A DNA stretch of 64,000 nucleotides from assembly GCA_035533475.1 (NCBI GenBank), contig DATLTS010000035.1:82507-146506 (forward strand), given 5' to 3'. The position numbers were made by a program, and so were the translations under genes. Positions within the stretch are counted from its first letter, which is position 1. Each line of letters opens with the position of its first letter. This document shows, in pieces, positions 1 to 8,957 of this stretch. The notes under the pieces are model-generated. The model was not told where the DNA came from, did no database searches, and saw nothing but the letters and a program-made list of their open reading frames with translations. Origin of the DNA: Mycobacteriales bacterium (GTDB lineage Bacteria; Actinomycetota; Actinomycetes; DATLTS01).

Positions 1-3000
1 GTCCTCGAGCCGGCGTCGGTCGGTGACGTCCCGGGTGTTCAGCACCAGCGCGGCCACGGTCGGCTCGTCGAGCAGGTTCGTGACCGCAGTCTCGGCCGAC
101 CGATACGAACCGTCGGAGTGCCGGAACCGGCACTCGATCCGGGCGCCCTCCGAGTCCGCCGCCGTCGCCAGGGCCTCGGTGAACCGGGTCAGATCGTCGG
201 GGTGCACCCAGTCCGTGATCGGCTGACCGAGAAGTCCCGGGGCGGGCAGGGCGAACACCCGCGTCGCTGCCGCGCTCTGGTAGCTGACGACCCCGTCCCG
301 ATCTACCAATGTGATGACGTCGCTCGAGTTCTGGGCAAGCGAGCGGAACCGGGTCTCGCTACCGGCCAGATGCTCGAAAGCCGCTCCGGCCAGGGTGGCG
401 ATGAACGCGGCCAGCTGGACCTCCTCGTCCCCGAACAGCTGGCCGATCTTCCCGTGTGTGACGTAGAAACAGGACACCGGCTCGCCGTCGACGGCGATCG
501 GCGCCGCCAGCACGGAGCGGATCCCGGATAGCAGCAGGCTCTCGCAGTCGTCCGTGCCGGGCTCACCGGCGACGACCGGGGCGCCCAGCTCGACCGCCCG
601 ACGGAGCAGGGTGCGGCTGATCTCGTCGACCGCCTCCCCCGATTGCGTGATGAGCTGCTCGTCGTGCAGCGCCGCCACGGGGACGAGATGGCACCGCTCG
701 CCGCGGAGCAGGGTGAGCGCCGCTTCGCGGATTGCCGCCTCCACCGCACCGCGCGAGGTTGCCGCGGTGATCATCCGCCCGACCTTCAGCAGCGTGGTGA
801 AGCGGTCGAACAACGACACCGAGGCACCGCTGCCGCCATCCGTCTCCGAGATCGGCTCGTCGGGCGGCTCGAACCGGCGGATCGCCGCGAGCGCGTCGGC
901 GTGCGGCTGCTGCGAACCCCCGCCGGCCATGGCGAGCTCGGCCAGGGCCAGCCGGGTCAGTGCCAGCTCGAACTGGGCACCTTGCTCCTCCGCCGTGCGA
1001 AGACTGCGGCCGAGCAAACGTTCGGCCCGCCGGCGGCGGCCGCGCAGCGACGCGACGAGGCCGGCTTCACGCAGCGCATGCGGCGCGTTGTTCCGGTAGG
1101 TGAAAGCCCACCGGCGGCTGCGGCGGGACGCGGACGCGGCCCTTCGGATCCGTGCCGAGCGCAGGGCCGGATTGTGCGCCGGGGCCGCCTCCGCGAGCCG
1201 GCGCTGGACGGTCGCGTACCACGGGTAGATGGGCGCCACGTACTCCTGGCGGAGCCCGGCCCGCCCGGCGGTCGTCATGGCGGCTTCCAGTGCCGCAGCC
1301 GCCGCGTCGAGATCCCCCTGGTCCAACAGCCGTAGCCCGGACGCGAGCTGGAGCTCGCAGGTGGTGTGCGCGTCTTCACTGCCGCCGGCGAGTTGCTCGT
1401 CGATCAGACGACCGTCGATCCGGCCACCTCGGGCCCGGGCCCAGACGCTGAGCGCGATCCCGGCGGCAGCCTGGTCTCCGATCGCCTGTGCGGCCCCCAG
1501 CACCTCGCGCGCCACATCCGCTGCCTCGGCAAGCTCGCCGGTCCGGTACAGGCAGAACGCGATGTGCCAGCCTGCGGTGTTCACCTCCCAACGGTCGCCG
1601 GTGCGCTCGAGCAGGCGCACCGCCTCGCGGCAGGCCGCCATGGCTTCGGTGTATCGGGAGGCGGCGTACAGCACGACGCCGGCGAAGCCGAGGCTCTGGC
1701 CCTGACCCCAGACGTCGTCGAGCTGCCGCCGGATCTCGAGCGAACGTTCCGCGTACTTCACCCCGCGGCCGTACCACGGCAGCATGGTCATCACCGGCGC
1801 GTGTTCGGAGTAGGCCTGCCCGAGCTCCGCGGACGGCGGGTAGCGTTCGGCCAGGTTCATCCCGCGCAGGTGGGCCCAGGCGCAGGGCACCTTCCCGGAG
1901 TGGAACCAGTACACGTAGGCCAACCGGCTGTAGAGGCGCATCGCGAGGAAGTCCTCGTCCCGCCCGTCGGCGCAGCGCCGGCCAACGGTGAGCCGGGGCA
2001 GGATCGAGTGCACCGTCTGCACCGCCAGCTCCCAGGACAACCGGACCAGCGTGAGGACGGGATGCCGCGGGATCGGCCGCCCGAGCCGGGCCAGCGCCGC
2101 CTCCAGATGCCGCTTCGCGACCGGCACGTCGCCCTGCTTGAACGCGAGATCCCCCAGCTTCCCGTCGAGCGCGGCCGCGCGGGTGGGGTCGTCCACCAGC
2201 GAGCGGGCGGCGCCCAGCTGGGTTTGCGCCTCGGCGTAGGCCCCTTGCAGCGTGAGCACGTCGCCGAGCCCCTCGCAGACCTGGATCCGGGTCACCTCGT
2301 CGGCCGGGTCGAGGCCGCGCGCGGCCATCCGGTAGTGGACGACCGCCGCGTCGAGCGCGTACTGGGCGCGGGCCAGCGAGGCGCCGGCCAGGGCGTACGG
2401 CAGCGCGTCGGCGTCCCGGCCGGCCGCACTGAGGTGGTAGGCGAGATCGAACACCGGGACTGGCTCGCCGTCGTTGCCGTTCGCGAGCGCGTCCGCGGCC
2501 CGACCGTGCAGCTCGCGCCGGGCGTCCTCGCTCAAGCGGTCGAGCAGCGCCTCACGGATCTTGTCGTGGGAGAAGCTGCAGTGACCGCTGCGATCGTCGA
2601 CCCAGAGCAGCCGCCGGCTCCGGGCATCCTCGATGATGGCCGCCGCGTCGTCCGGGTCACCAGCCAAGGCGACGGCGGCGGCGATATCGAACTCCTTGCC
2701 GAGCACCGCCCCGGCCGAGAGCAGCCCGAGCGCCTCGGCGGAGAGCAACTCCAGCCGGCTGACCAGGAACGCGGCCGAGCGCCGCGCGGTCTGCACGTCC
2801 TTCAGCGCCGGTTCATCGACGACCCAACCCTCGGGCGTGCCGGTGAGCGCGCCGCACTCGACTAGTCCGCGGAGCACGGCCGCGCCCATGAACGGGTTGC
2901 CATCGGCCAGCCGGACCAGCGTGTCCAGCGCCTCCCGCGGAACCGGCCCAGCCATCGACTCGGCGAGCATCACCATCGATTCGGGCGGCAGCGGTCCGAG

Positions 3001-4554
3001 CCGGAGCGGGCGGGCGATCGACCGGAGCGGATGATCCGCCGGCACCTCCTCGGAACGAAATGCGGCGATCACGCCGAGATACGCGGTGGGCTGGCCGCGG
3101 TTCGCCGAGAGGCCCCGGAGCAGCCGAACCGTCAGGCCGTCGGCCCACTGGCAGTCGTCGAGTACCAGCAGCACCGGTCGTCGGGCCGACGCGACCGTGA
3201 CCAGCATCTGCTGGATCGCGCCCACGCTGCGCTGCTCGCCGAACTGTTCCGGACCGGCGTCCTCGTCGGGTGCCACCCCGAGCAGCCCGCTCAGCGACGG
3301 GAGCGCCCGGGCGACCGCCGGCGCGGCGTTCCCAAGTTCCGAGATCAGCTCCGCACGTGCCTCGACGTCCGCCTCCAGGGCGACGGCCAACCCCTGCGCG
3401 ATGCCGTCGAGCAGGGTGAAGGGACGCTGGGCCCCACGTGCCACCCCCTGCCCCTGTAGCACGGTGCAGCCGGCCTGGCTGGCCATTCGGGTGATCTCCG
3501 CGAGCAGGCGGCTCTTGCCCCCACCGGAATCCGCCTCGAGCAGGACCAGTCCACCGCTTCCCGCGGCAACGGCGTCGACCAGCAAGGTCAGCGACTCGAT
3601 TTCGGCAGCTCGGCCGACGAACGCGGGGTCCGCCAGGTTGCGCCGCTGGTCGAGCCGGCCGATGACGATCCGCGGATCGGCCTCGCCGCCCTGCACCGCC
3701 GCCAGCAGCTCGGACAGATCGGCAGCCAGCGCCGAAGCCGACTGGTAGCGCTCCCCCGGCTCCTTGCGCAACAGCCGCTGAATCACCGCGTCGACCGCTC
3801 CGGGAACGGCTATCCCGAGCCCGGGCAGGTCGGGTACCGGCATGCTCAGGTGTTGGCGGAGCATCTCCCCCACCCCGGGGCCGAGGAAGGGCGGCCGACC
3901 GGCCAGGCACTCGAAGAGCAGCACACCCAGCGCATAGAGGTCGGAACGTTCGTCGGCGGGGGCCCCGACCAGGCCGGCCGCTTCTGGGGCCAGGTAGCGC
4001 ACGGTTCCGACCAGGTCGTCGCGGATCGACTCGTCCAGCGACGGGCTCCGGGCGAACCCGAAGTCGATCAGCGTGACCGACGAGACCGGGTCGGTACCGT
4101 CGACGACGACGTTGGCCGGCTTGATGTCGCGATGGCAGATCCCGGCGCCGTGCGCGATATCCAGCGCGGTCGCCACGTCGACGCCGACGCGGAGAGCGGC
4201 CTCGACGCCGAGCCGGCCCCGCCGCAAGGCGGCCTCGAGGGTCGTGCCGGGCACGAACGGCTGGACGAGGAAGAGGCGGCCCTCGGCGTACCCGGAGTCG
4301 AGGAGCCCGGTGAGCCCGACGCCGGTCAGTTCCCGGAGCACCCGGGTCTCGTGCTCGAAGCGCAGCCGGGCAGCGGCGTGGACGAAGCTCGGATCGATCG
4401 ACTTGAGGACCACCTGGCGTCCGGTGTGGGTGTCGACCGCCAGCACGGTGTCGACCCCGCTGCCGCTCTTGAGAATCGGGCCCAACCCGTAGCGGCCGGC
4501 GAACCGGACCGCGCCGGCCGCCCATTCGGGCTGGCCCAGCCGATCGGACACCAC
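1..4554 (-). CDS. Multidomain Ser/Thr protein kinase (PknK-like): N-terminal kinase, AAA/NB-ARC-like ATPase, TPR-like repeats, GAF and PAS domains; 3' end beyond window (partial)
   Basis: Reverse-strand translation from GTG ~4554 gives HRDIKPANVVVDG...LIDFGFAR (kinase subdomains VIb/VII), then P-loop 'DSGGGKSRLL' and 'LVLDDCQWAD' (Walker B-like), then helical repeats, then GAF- and PAS-like sequence near 300-800. Kinase codon phase equals GAF/PAS phase (4554-774 divisible by 3). No stop-terminated ORF is listed for this frame, consistent with one ORF running off the edge. GGAGG-like RBS sits upstream of the GTG; an in-frame TAG lies just upstream. Confidence 0.75.
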   Translation of the reverse strand, partial: MVSDRLGQPEWAAGAVRFAGRYGLGPILKSGSGVDTVLAVDTHTGRQVVLKSIDPSFVHAAARLRFEHETRVLRELTGVGLTGLLDSGYAEGRLFLVQPFVPGTTLEAALRRGRLGVEAALRVGVDVATALDIAHGAGICHRDIKPANVVVDGTDPVSSVTLIDFGFARSPSLDESIRDDLVGTVRYLAPEAAGLVGAPADERSDLYALGVLLFECLAGRPPFLGPGVGEMLRQHLSMPVPDLPGLGIAVPGAVDAVIQRLLRKEPGERYQSASALAADLSELLAAVQGGEADPRIVIGRLDQRRNLADPAFVGRAAEIESLTLLVDAVAAGSGGLVLLEADSGGGKSRLLAEITRMASQAGCTVLQGQGVARGAQRPFTLLDGIAQGLAVALEADVEARAELISELGNAAPAVARALPSLSGLLGVAPDEDAGPEQFGEQRSVGAIQQMLVTVASARRPVLLVLDDCQWADGLTVRLLRGLSANRGQPTAYLGVIAAFRSEEVPADHPLRSIARPLRLGPLPPESMVMLAESMAGPVPREALDTLVRLADGNPFMGAAVLRGLVECGALTGTPEGWVVDEPALKDVQTARRSAAFLVSRLELLSAEALGLLSAGAVLGKEFDIAAAVALAGDPDDAAAIIEDARSRRLLWVDDRSGHCSFSHDKIREALLDRLSEDARRELHGRAADALANGNDGEPVPVFDLAYHLSAAGRDADALPYALAGASLARAQYALDAAVVHYRMAARGLDPADEVTRIQVCEGLGDVLTLQGAYAEAQTQLGAARSLVDDPTRAAALDGKLGDLAFKQGDVPVAKRHLEAALARLGRPIPRHPVLTLVRLSWELAVQTVHSILPRLTVGRRCADGRDEDFLAMRLYSRLAYVYWFHSGKVPCAWAHLRGMNLAERYPPSAELGQAYSEHAPVMTMLPWYGRGVKYAERSLEIRRQLDDVWGQGQSLGFAGVVLYAASRYTEAMAACREAVRLLERTGDRWEVNTAGWHIAFCLYRTGELAEAADVAREVLGAAQAIGDQAAAGIALSVWARARGGRIDGRLIDEQLAGGSEDAHTTCELQLASGLRLLDQGDLDAAAAALEAAMTTAGRAGLRQEYVAPIYPWYATVQRRLAEAAPAHNPALRSARIRRAASASRRSRRWAFTYRNNAPHALREAGLVASLRGRRRRAERLLGRSLRTAEEQGAQFELALTRLALAELAMAGGGSQQPHADALAAIRRFEPPDEPISETDGGSGASVSLFDRFTTLLKVGRMITAATSRGAVEAAIREAALTLLRGERCHLVPVAALHDEQLITQSGEAVDEISRTLLRRAVELGAPVVAGEPGTDDCESLLLSGIRSVLAAPIAVDGEPVSCFYVTHGKIGQLFGDEEVQLAAFIATLAGAAFEHLAGSETRFRSLAQNSSDVITLVDRDGVVSYQSAAATRVFALPAPGLLGQPITDWVHPDDLTRFTEALATAADSEGARIECRFRHSDGSYRSAETAVTNLLDEPTVAALVLNTRDVTDRRRLED

Positions 4555-4732
4555 TCGGGACCTCGCCTCCGCACCCGCCCATGTCGACTACGGACCGAAT
4601 TGTTTTGACTGCACACAGTGTCGCACCGCTTCGGCCCCCCATGGCCTTCGCGCAGGCCAAATGACTCGAAAGGACCACGCCCGGCCCGATGGCAGCGGGC
4701 CGACCGGCCGAACCGGCCCCGCGCGACCGGAC

Positions 4733-5101
4733 TCAGATCAGCGCGAGGCCGAAACCGGTCGCGGCCGCCGCCAGCCCGGCGGCAAAGCTACCGACGATGT
4801 TCAGGCCGGCCTCCCATGACGCACCTGCCTCCACCAGGGCGAGCGACTCGTACGCCCAGGTGGACAGGGTCGTGAAGCCGGCACAGAACCCTGCCGTGAG
4901 ATCCACGGTCGCCGTCCCCGGGAGTCCGTGGTGGAGCGCCAGACCGGCGAAGAGCCCGGCGAGCAACGAGCCCACGGTGTTGATGACGAACGTGCCGAGG
5001 GGGAACTGCCCCGTCGTCCGGTGATACACGAGCAGGTCCACGACGTACCGCGCGACCGCCCCGATCCCCGCGGTGACCGCCACTTCGACGCCCAGGATCA
5101 C
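4733..5101 (-). CDS. crcB: Fluoride ion channel CrcB/FluC (second subunit gene of a pair)
   Basis: 122 aa, 4 TM helices, CrcB-like 'GFCGGFTTFSTW'-type motif (here [12 protein letters not shown]). GTG start overlaps the upstream DUF190 stop (GTGA). Confidence 0.85.
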   Translation of the reverse strand: MILGVEVAVTAGIGAVARYVVDLLVYHRTTGQFPLGTFVINTVGSLLAGLFAGLALHHGLPGTATVDLTAGFCAGFTTLSTWAYESLALVEAGASWEAGLNIVGSFAAGLAAAATGFGLALI

Positions 5102-5463
5102 CGGTCCGGCTCGTCCCCGGGCTGGGCCACCCGGCCGACGTAGCGGACCACCTCGACGTCGTCGAGAATGACCAGCCCCTCGCTGATCAGCTCGTCCAGC
5201 TCGGGGAGGAAGGCCCGGATGCTTGCCTCGTCATCCACGACGACGATCACCAGCGGCAGGTCGTCGGACAGGCTGAGGATTCGGGTGGTGTGGATGTGGT
5301 TGGACGCGCCGAATCCTTCGATGCCGCGCAGAACCGAGCAGCCGGCGAGGCCGGCGCGGTGCGCCCGGGCGACGATCTCGTGGTACAGCGGCTTGTGGTG
5401 GTACTGGTCCGATTCGCCCAGGAAGATGCTGAGCCGAAGGGCCGGACCCTGCCGTCGCATCAT
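5098..5463 (-). CDS. DUF190-family protein (CrcB-associated, fluoride-responsive operons)
   Basis: About 121 aa starting [20 protein letters not shown]...; sits between two crcB genes with ATGA/GTGA overlaps. Upstream part of the listed ORF (to 5772) is out-of-frame overlap with crcB2. Confidence 0.75.
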   Translation of the reverse strand: MMRRQGPALRLSIFLGESDQYHHKPLYHEIVARAHRAGLAGCSVLRGIEGFGASNHIHTTRILSLSDDLPLVIVVVDDEASIRAFLPELDELISEGLVILDDVEVVRYVGRVAQPGDEPDR

Positions 5464-5937
5464 GCTGCTCCCATCTCGCGGACGTGCGGTCGCCGGCCGG
5501 CGATCCAGCGGCCGGCGATGAAACCGAGCCCCGCGGCGGCCAAGCCGGCGGCCAGGCTCGCGAGCAGATAGGCCACGGCCGTACCGGGATGGCGGTGGGC
5601 CATCAACTGGTCGGTCCCGACCACGATCGAGGAGAAGGTGGTGTAGGCCCCGCAGAAGCCGGTGCCGAGCATCGGGCGCAGGAACCGGTCGCCACGGCCC
5701 AGGTCGATGGACAGCACGAGGAGCAATGGCAGGAGAAACGCCCCCGAACCGTTCACGACCAGCGTCGACCACGGGAAGCCGCGATCGGGGGTCGGCCAGG
5801 CCGCGGTCACGGCATAGCGCGCCGCTCCGCCGGCAACCCCCCCGATGAGCACGGCCACCAGGACGCCGGGACGCGGGCCCGGCCGGTGGCGTGCGCGAGC
5901 CGCGCCGAACGGCCGGTCGTCGGCGGCCTGCGTCACG
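5460..5937 (-). CDS. crcB: Fluoride ion channel CrcB/FluC (first subunit gene)
   Basis: C-terminal '[18 protein letters not shown]' CrcB motif. Start taken as GTG (~5937) preceded by GGAGG (ggaggtgtcGTG). The listed longer ORF to 6161 reads through the leader. Confidence 0.8.
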
Positions 5938-5949
5938 ACACCTCCAGCA

Positions 5950-6010
5950 GCAAAGCCGGTAGGGACCGTCGGCACGTGGCGGTTATCGGCTGGCCCCACA
6001 GCCGTGAACG
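5950..6010 (-). ncRNA. Candidate fluoride riboswitch (crcB RNA motif) in the leader of the crcB-DUF190-crcB operon
   Basis: Minus-strand RNA GGCUGUGGGGCCAGCCGAUAACCGCCACGUGCCGACGGUCCCUAC. P1 stem GGCUG/CAGCC with loop UGGGGC. Conserved A-rich AUAACCGCC block. 3' UCCCUAC with UCCC able to pair with loop GGGG (pseudoknot). Same length and spacing as remembered crcB-motif examples (GGCGAUGGxGUUCGCC..AAAC.GCC....UGAUxxCCUAC). Directly upstream of the RBS of the first crcB. Confidence 0.55.
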
Positions 6011-6054
6011 CGCAGCGATCGTACCGGGCCGGAACCGAGCGGATGATCCTGCGG

Positions 6055-7839
6055 CTAGCTGCGCCGGTGCAGCCGTCGGCCGAGGCCGGCCGAGAGCAGT
6101 AGCAGAAGGCCGACGGCGGGCACCTCCGCGGGCAAGCCGGTGGCGGGCAGGCCCGGTGCATCCGCGTGGCTCGCGGGACTCACCGATGACACGGGTTGCG
6201 TGCCTGGGCACCAGGGGTTGGCCGGCACGCCGGCACACGGGTTGGGCATCGTAGCCAAACCGGCCGGCAACGGATGCATGATGACCCGGGTACGTCGCGG
6301 GTACGTCGTCCCGGGAAGGCAGACGGTCCCACCGAGAACCGGGCCGATCGAGATCGCTTGTGAATCGCAGGCGATCTGGTCGGTGAACACCGGATTCGGG
6401 TCGGGGGCCGTGGTGCCGCCGCCGCAGGTGGTGTTGGTCTGCTGCAATGTCGACGGCGAACTCGTGGTGGTTCCGCCACCTTCCTCGTAGTTCCCGACGT
6501 AACAGTTCGCCGGCCCCGGCTCGAGCGTGGTCTCCGCGAAATCGGCGTTCGACGGGTTGCCGAAGAAGCCGTTGTGCCGGTAGCCGTTGTCCAACAAGGA
6601 GTTACCCGAGTCGTCGTACAGGCACGCGGCCGGGGTGAGGGTCCCGCCGGTGCAGGGCGGCCCGTTGTCCGGGTAGGGGACGAAAACGGTGCCCCACGCA
6701 CCGTTGTTCTCGAAGCGGTTGGCCATCACGGTGTCATTGCGGCCACCGGAGAGCGACATACCGGTCCCGACCGGGCCGGCGGCCGCGGAGCCGGCCGACG
6801 GGACGTTCGGGTTGTTGTTGTCGTGCACGTAGTTGTGCATGAACACCCAGCAGGAATGAGTGTGCGTGATGGGGCTGATCCCGTTGTTCAGGCAGGCACC
6901 ATTCTGCGGGGGCGGGTTGTCGCCGTTCTGGCTGTTGGTGTCGAATCCGTCCTCGTTGTTGTCGAACTGCGAGTTCTCGACGAGCATGGTCCCGCCCGAG
7001 TTCGACCCGGAGTACCCGAGGGCCGAGTACTCGGCCCAGGCGTGGTTCACCGTCTGGTCGCACACCTGCTGGCAGGCCCCGACGTAATAGTCGGAGTCGT
7101 CGAAGTTGCTCGCATAGGTCTGATCCCAGGTGCCACCGCTCCAGTTGCTCGAGAAGATCCCATACGCGGCGGCGGTCGCCTGGGTGCCGTAGAAAGTGGT
7201 GGTCGCGGTCAGATACGTGCCGGAGAAGTCCCAGCCGCCGACCTGGCCGCTGCCGTCCCCGCCGTTCCACCAGATCTCGTTTCCCGAAGCACCGCTACCG
7301 GACAGGAAGTTGCACGCCGTCAGATTGTCGACCGACACCCCGTCGGCCTTCCAGATCTCCACCCCGTTGCGGCCGAACGCCCGGCCGGAACTCCCCCGGG
7401 GCCCGTAGAGCTGGTCCCCCGGTGCCGACGAGCAGGCAGGCGCACCGGGCTTCGTGCCGTCGACGATGACCGTGTTGCGGTTCATGCCGCGCAGGTGGAT
7501 GCCCGGGGTGGCGATCCAGACGCCGGCACCCGCCTCCCGGCCCGCGGGATACGGCTTGTGCGTCGTGTAGTCGCCGTTCTCGTGATAGTCGCCGGGACCG
7601 ACGAGGATCCAATCGCCGGGCTTCGCGGCGTCGACGGCGGCCTGGATGCTGCGGTACTGGCCGGCTTGGCCGTGCCAGCTGCCGACCCGCAGGACGCGTG
7701 GTGCGGATGTGGCCGAGGCCGCGGACATCGTGGCCGCCGCGGTCGCCAGCACGACGGCGAGCAGGGTAGGTCGGGCGAGTCTCAGCGCGGCGGTTCGCGA
7801 CACTTGTTCCTCATCCTGCACTCGGCGGCGGACGGGCAA
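6055..7839 (-). CDS. Secreted right-handed beta-helix repeat protein (pectate-lyase-like fold), cell-wall anchored via LPATG sortase signal
   Basis: Signal peptide (AxA), Asn/Gly/Asp-rich repeats typical of parallel beta-helix, Cys pairs. C-terminus LPATG + hydrophobic segment + RRLHRRS. Confidence 0.8.
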   Translation of the reverse strand: MPVRRRVQDEEQVSRTAALRLARPTLLAVVLATAAATMSAASATSAPRVLRVGSWHGQAGQYRSIQAAVDAAKPGDWILVGPGDYHENGDYTTHKPYPAGREAGAGVWIATPGIHLRGMNRNTVIVDGTKPGAPACSSAPGDQLYGPRGSSGRAFGRNGVEIWKADGVSVDNLTACNFLSGSGASGNEIWWNGGDGSGQVGGWDFSGTYLTATTTFYGTQATAAAYGIFSSNWSGGTWDQTYASNFDDSDYYVGACQQVCDQTVNHAWAEYSALGYSGSNSGGTMLVENSQFDNNEDGFDTNSQNGDNPPPQNGACLNNGISPITHTHSCWVFMHNYVHDNNNPNVPSAGSAAAGPVGTGMSLSGGRNDTVMANRFENNGAWGTVFVPYPDNGPPCTGGTLTPAACLYDDSGNSLLDNGYRHNGFFGNPSNADFAETTLEPGPANCYVGNYEEGGGTTTSSPSTLQQTNTTCGGGTTAPDPNPVFTDQIACDSQAISIGPVLGGTVCLPGTTYPRRTRVIMHPLPAGLATMPNPCAGVPANPWCPGTQPVSSVSPASHADAPGLPATGLPAEVPAVGLLLLLSAGLGRRLHRRS

Positions 7840-7976
7840 ATCTACCCCTCGCCAGGGCGGTGTCGCCAGGAGGTCCGACGGGGTGCGACCCGACCCGACC
7901 GCGCCCGACCCGACCGCGGCTCGGTGAGAGTGCGGCCCAACCGTCCCGTGGGACAGTGAGGACGGGAAGGGGGCCG

Positions 7977-8171
7977 ATGGCGAAAATTCGGGTGCACTCC
8001 GATCGGCATCCCGGCGAAGTCGTCATGCGGGGAGTCGACGACGCCGTGCGGCGCGTGATCGACGATCAGCCAGACGCAGATCGCGAGCGGTCGCTGGGCC
8101 GGCAGGAAGCCTTCGTTCGTGAGATGCGTCGTATCGGGCGGTCCCGCCGTGACCGGCGCCGGGCGCGCTGA
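7977..8171 (+). CDS. Small hypothetical protein (~64 aa) at the edge of a lower-GC islet
   Basis: ATG preceded by GGAAGGGGG. Decent GC3 bias. Basic C-terminus. No recognisable family. Confidence 0.4.
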   Translation: MAKIRVHSDRHPGEVVMRGVDDAVRRVIDDQPDADRERSLGRQEAFVREMRRIGRSRRDRRRAR

Positions 8172-8201
8172 GCTCGAGCGATCCACCGGACCTTCCGGCG
8201 A

Positions 8202-8882
8202 TTGAGCTCGATCCGGAAGCGATCCTCCGTGCGCTCGACGGACACCGCGTTCGATACGTGCTCAGTCGACGCCCGGGTGACCTACGACCTCGATGTCGTC
8301 CCGCAAGCCGGGCATCTCAATCTGCGTCGGCTCGGATCGGCGTTGCGGAAGATTGGCGCCCGCGTGATCACCTTTTGGGATCCCGACACCGACGAGTTGC
8401 ACGTGGAGAGCATGAAGACCTCTTCGCACTTCAGCCTCGTCACGAAGCCCTCGAGGCTCCACGTCCGTCGCAGCCTTCGTGCTCTCGAAGTCCTTCTCGC
8501 AGGTGATGAGCGCTGCGGTCCTTCGATTTGCAGCGTCCCACTGCGAGGTGCCAGCACTCGCCCAGACACTGATCACTTCCCGGGGTCCGGCCGAGGCTTC
8601 GCGCGGCTCGGCGGGACGCGGGCCGGCTCGCCGGGCATCTTCGGGAAGTTCGGCGGGTACCCCGCCTCCCCGAGCCCCCGGTCCTTCTCGTCCCGCCCAT
8701 CCCATTCCAGCAGCGGCTCCAGCGAGAACGCGACGTCGTCGATCCCGGCGTGCAGATCACCCAGCTCCGCGAAGCGCGCCGGCATCGTCGCCATCGTGAA
8801 GTCGGTCGTCTCACAGTCCGCCAGCTCGTCCCAGGTGACGGGCGCCGACACGGTCGCGTCGGGTCGAGCGCGGACGCTGTAG
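8202..8882 (+). CDS. Hypothetical protein; N-terminal ~125 aa look genuine, 3' part reads antisense through the duplicated ligD fragment (possibly disrupted gene). Weak nucleotidyltransferase-like R-x-[ST]-x-D-L-D motif
   Basis: Strong GC3 bias on plus strand for 8202-8575 (minus-strand mirror ORF 8262-8705 has poor GC3). Motif RVTYDLDVV is reminiscent of AbiEii/MNT-type NTase toxins. Local GC markedly lower than surroundings. Confidence 0.35.
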   Translation: MSSIRKRSSVRSTDTAFDTCSVDARVTYDLDVVPQAGHLNLRRLGSALRKIGARVITFWDPDTDELHVESMKTSSHFSLVTKPSRLHVRRSLRALEVLLAGDERCGPSICSVPLRGASTRPDTDHFPGSGRGFARLGGTRAGSPGIFGKFGGYPASPSPRSFSSRPSHSSSGSSENATSSIPACRSPSSAKRAGIVAIVKSVVSQSASSSQVTGADTVASGRARTL

Positions 8883-8906
8883 GCGCTGGCGATGGTCCGG
8901 TCACGG
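8604..8906 (-). pseudogene. 3'-terminal fragment (~100 codons) of a LigD polymerase-domain gene; duplicate of 10344-10646
   Basis: Translated fragment DRTIASAYSVRARPDATVSAPVTWDELADCETTDFTMATMPARFAELGDLHAGIDDVAFSLEPLLEW... is near-identical to the C-terminus of the full gene at 10318-11370. No N-terminal catalytic part. Confidence 0.65.
8604..8906. repeat. Direct repeat copy 1 (~303 bp), identity high (~99%) over the distal ~200 bp and lower near the ligD stop
   Basis: Matches 10344-10646 with constant offset of 1740 bp. Confidence 0.8.
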
Positions 8907-8957
8907 AAGTCCTGTATGGCAACCTTCAGCGCCCGGCGAGTGCCCCGGCCCATGTGG

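Noticed and set aside
1366-2865. 499-aa plus-strand ORF
   Set aside because: Antisense to the TPR region of the large kinase gene; Arg/Gly/Pro-rich, no coding signature.
2813-4678. 621-aa minus-strand ORF (Arg/Gly/Pro-rich)
   Set aside because: Alternative frame overlapping the kinase/ATPase gene. Composition typical of high-GC off-frame ORFs, no motifs.
5460-6161. 233-aa extent of the first crcB ORF
   Set aside because: The upstream 75 codons cover the riboswitch/leader. GTG at ~5937 with GGAGG RBS is the likely start.
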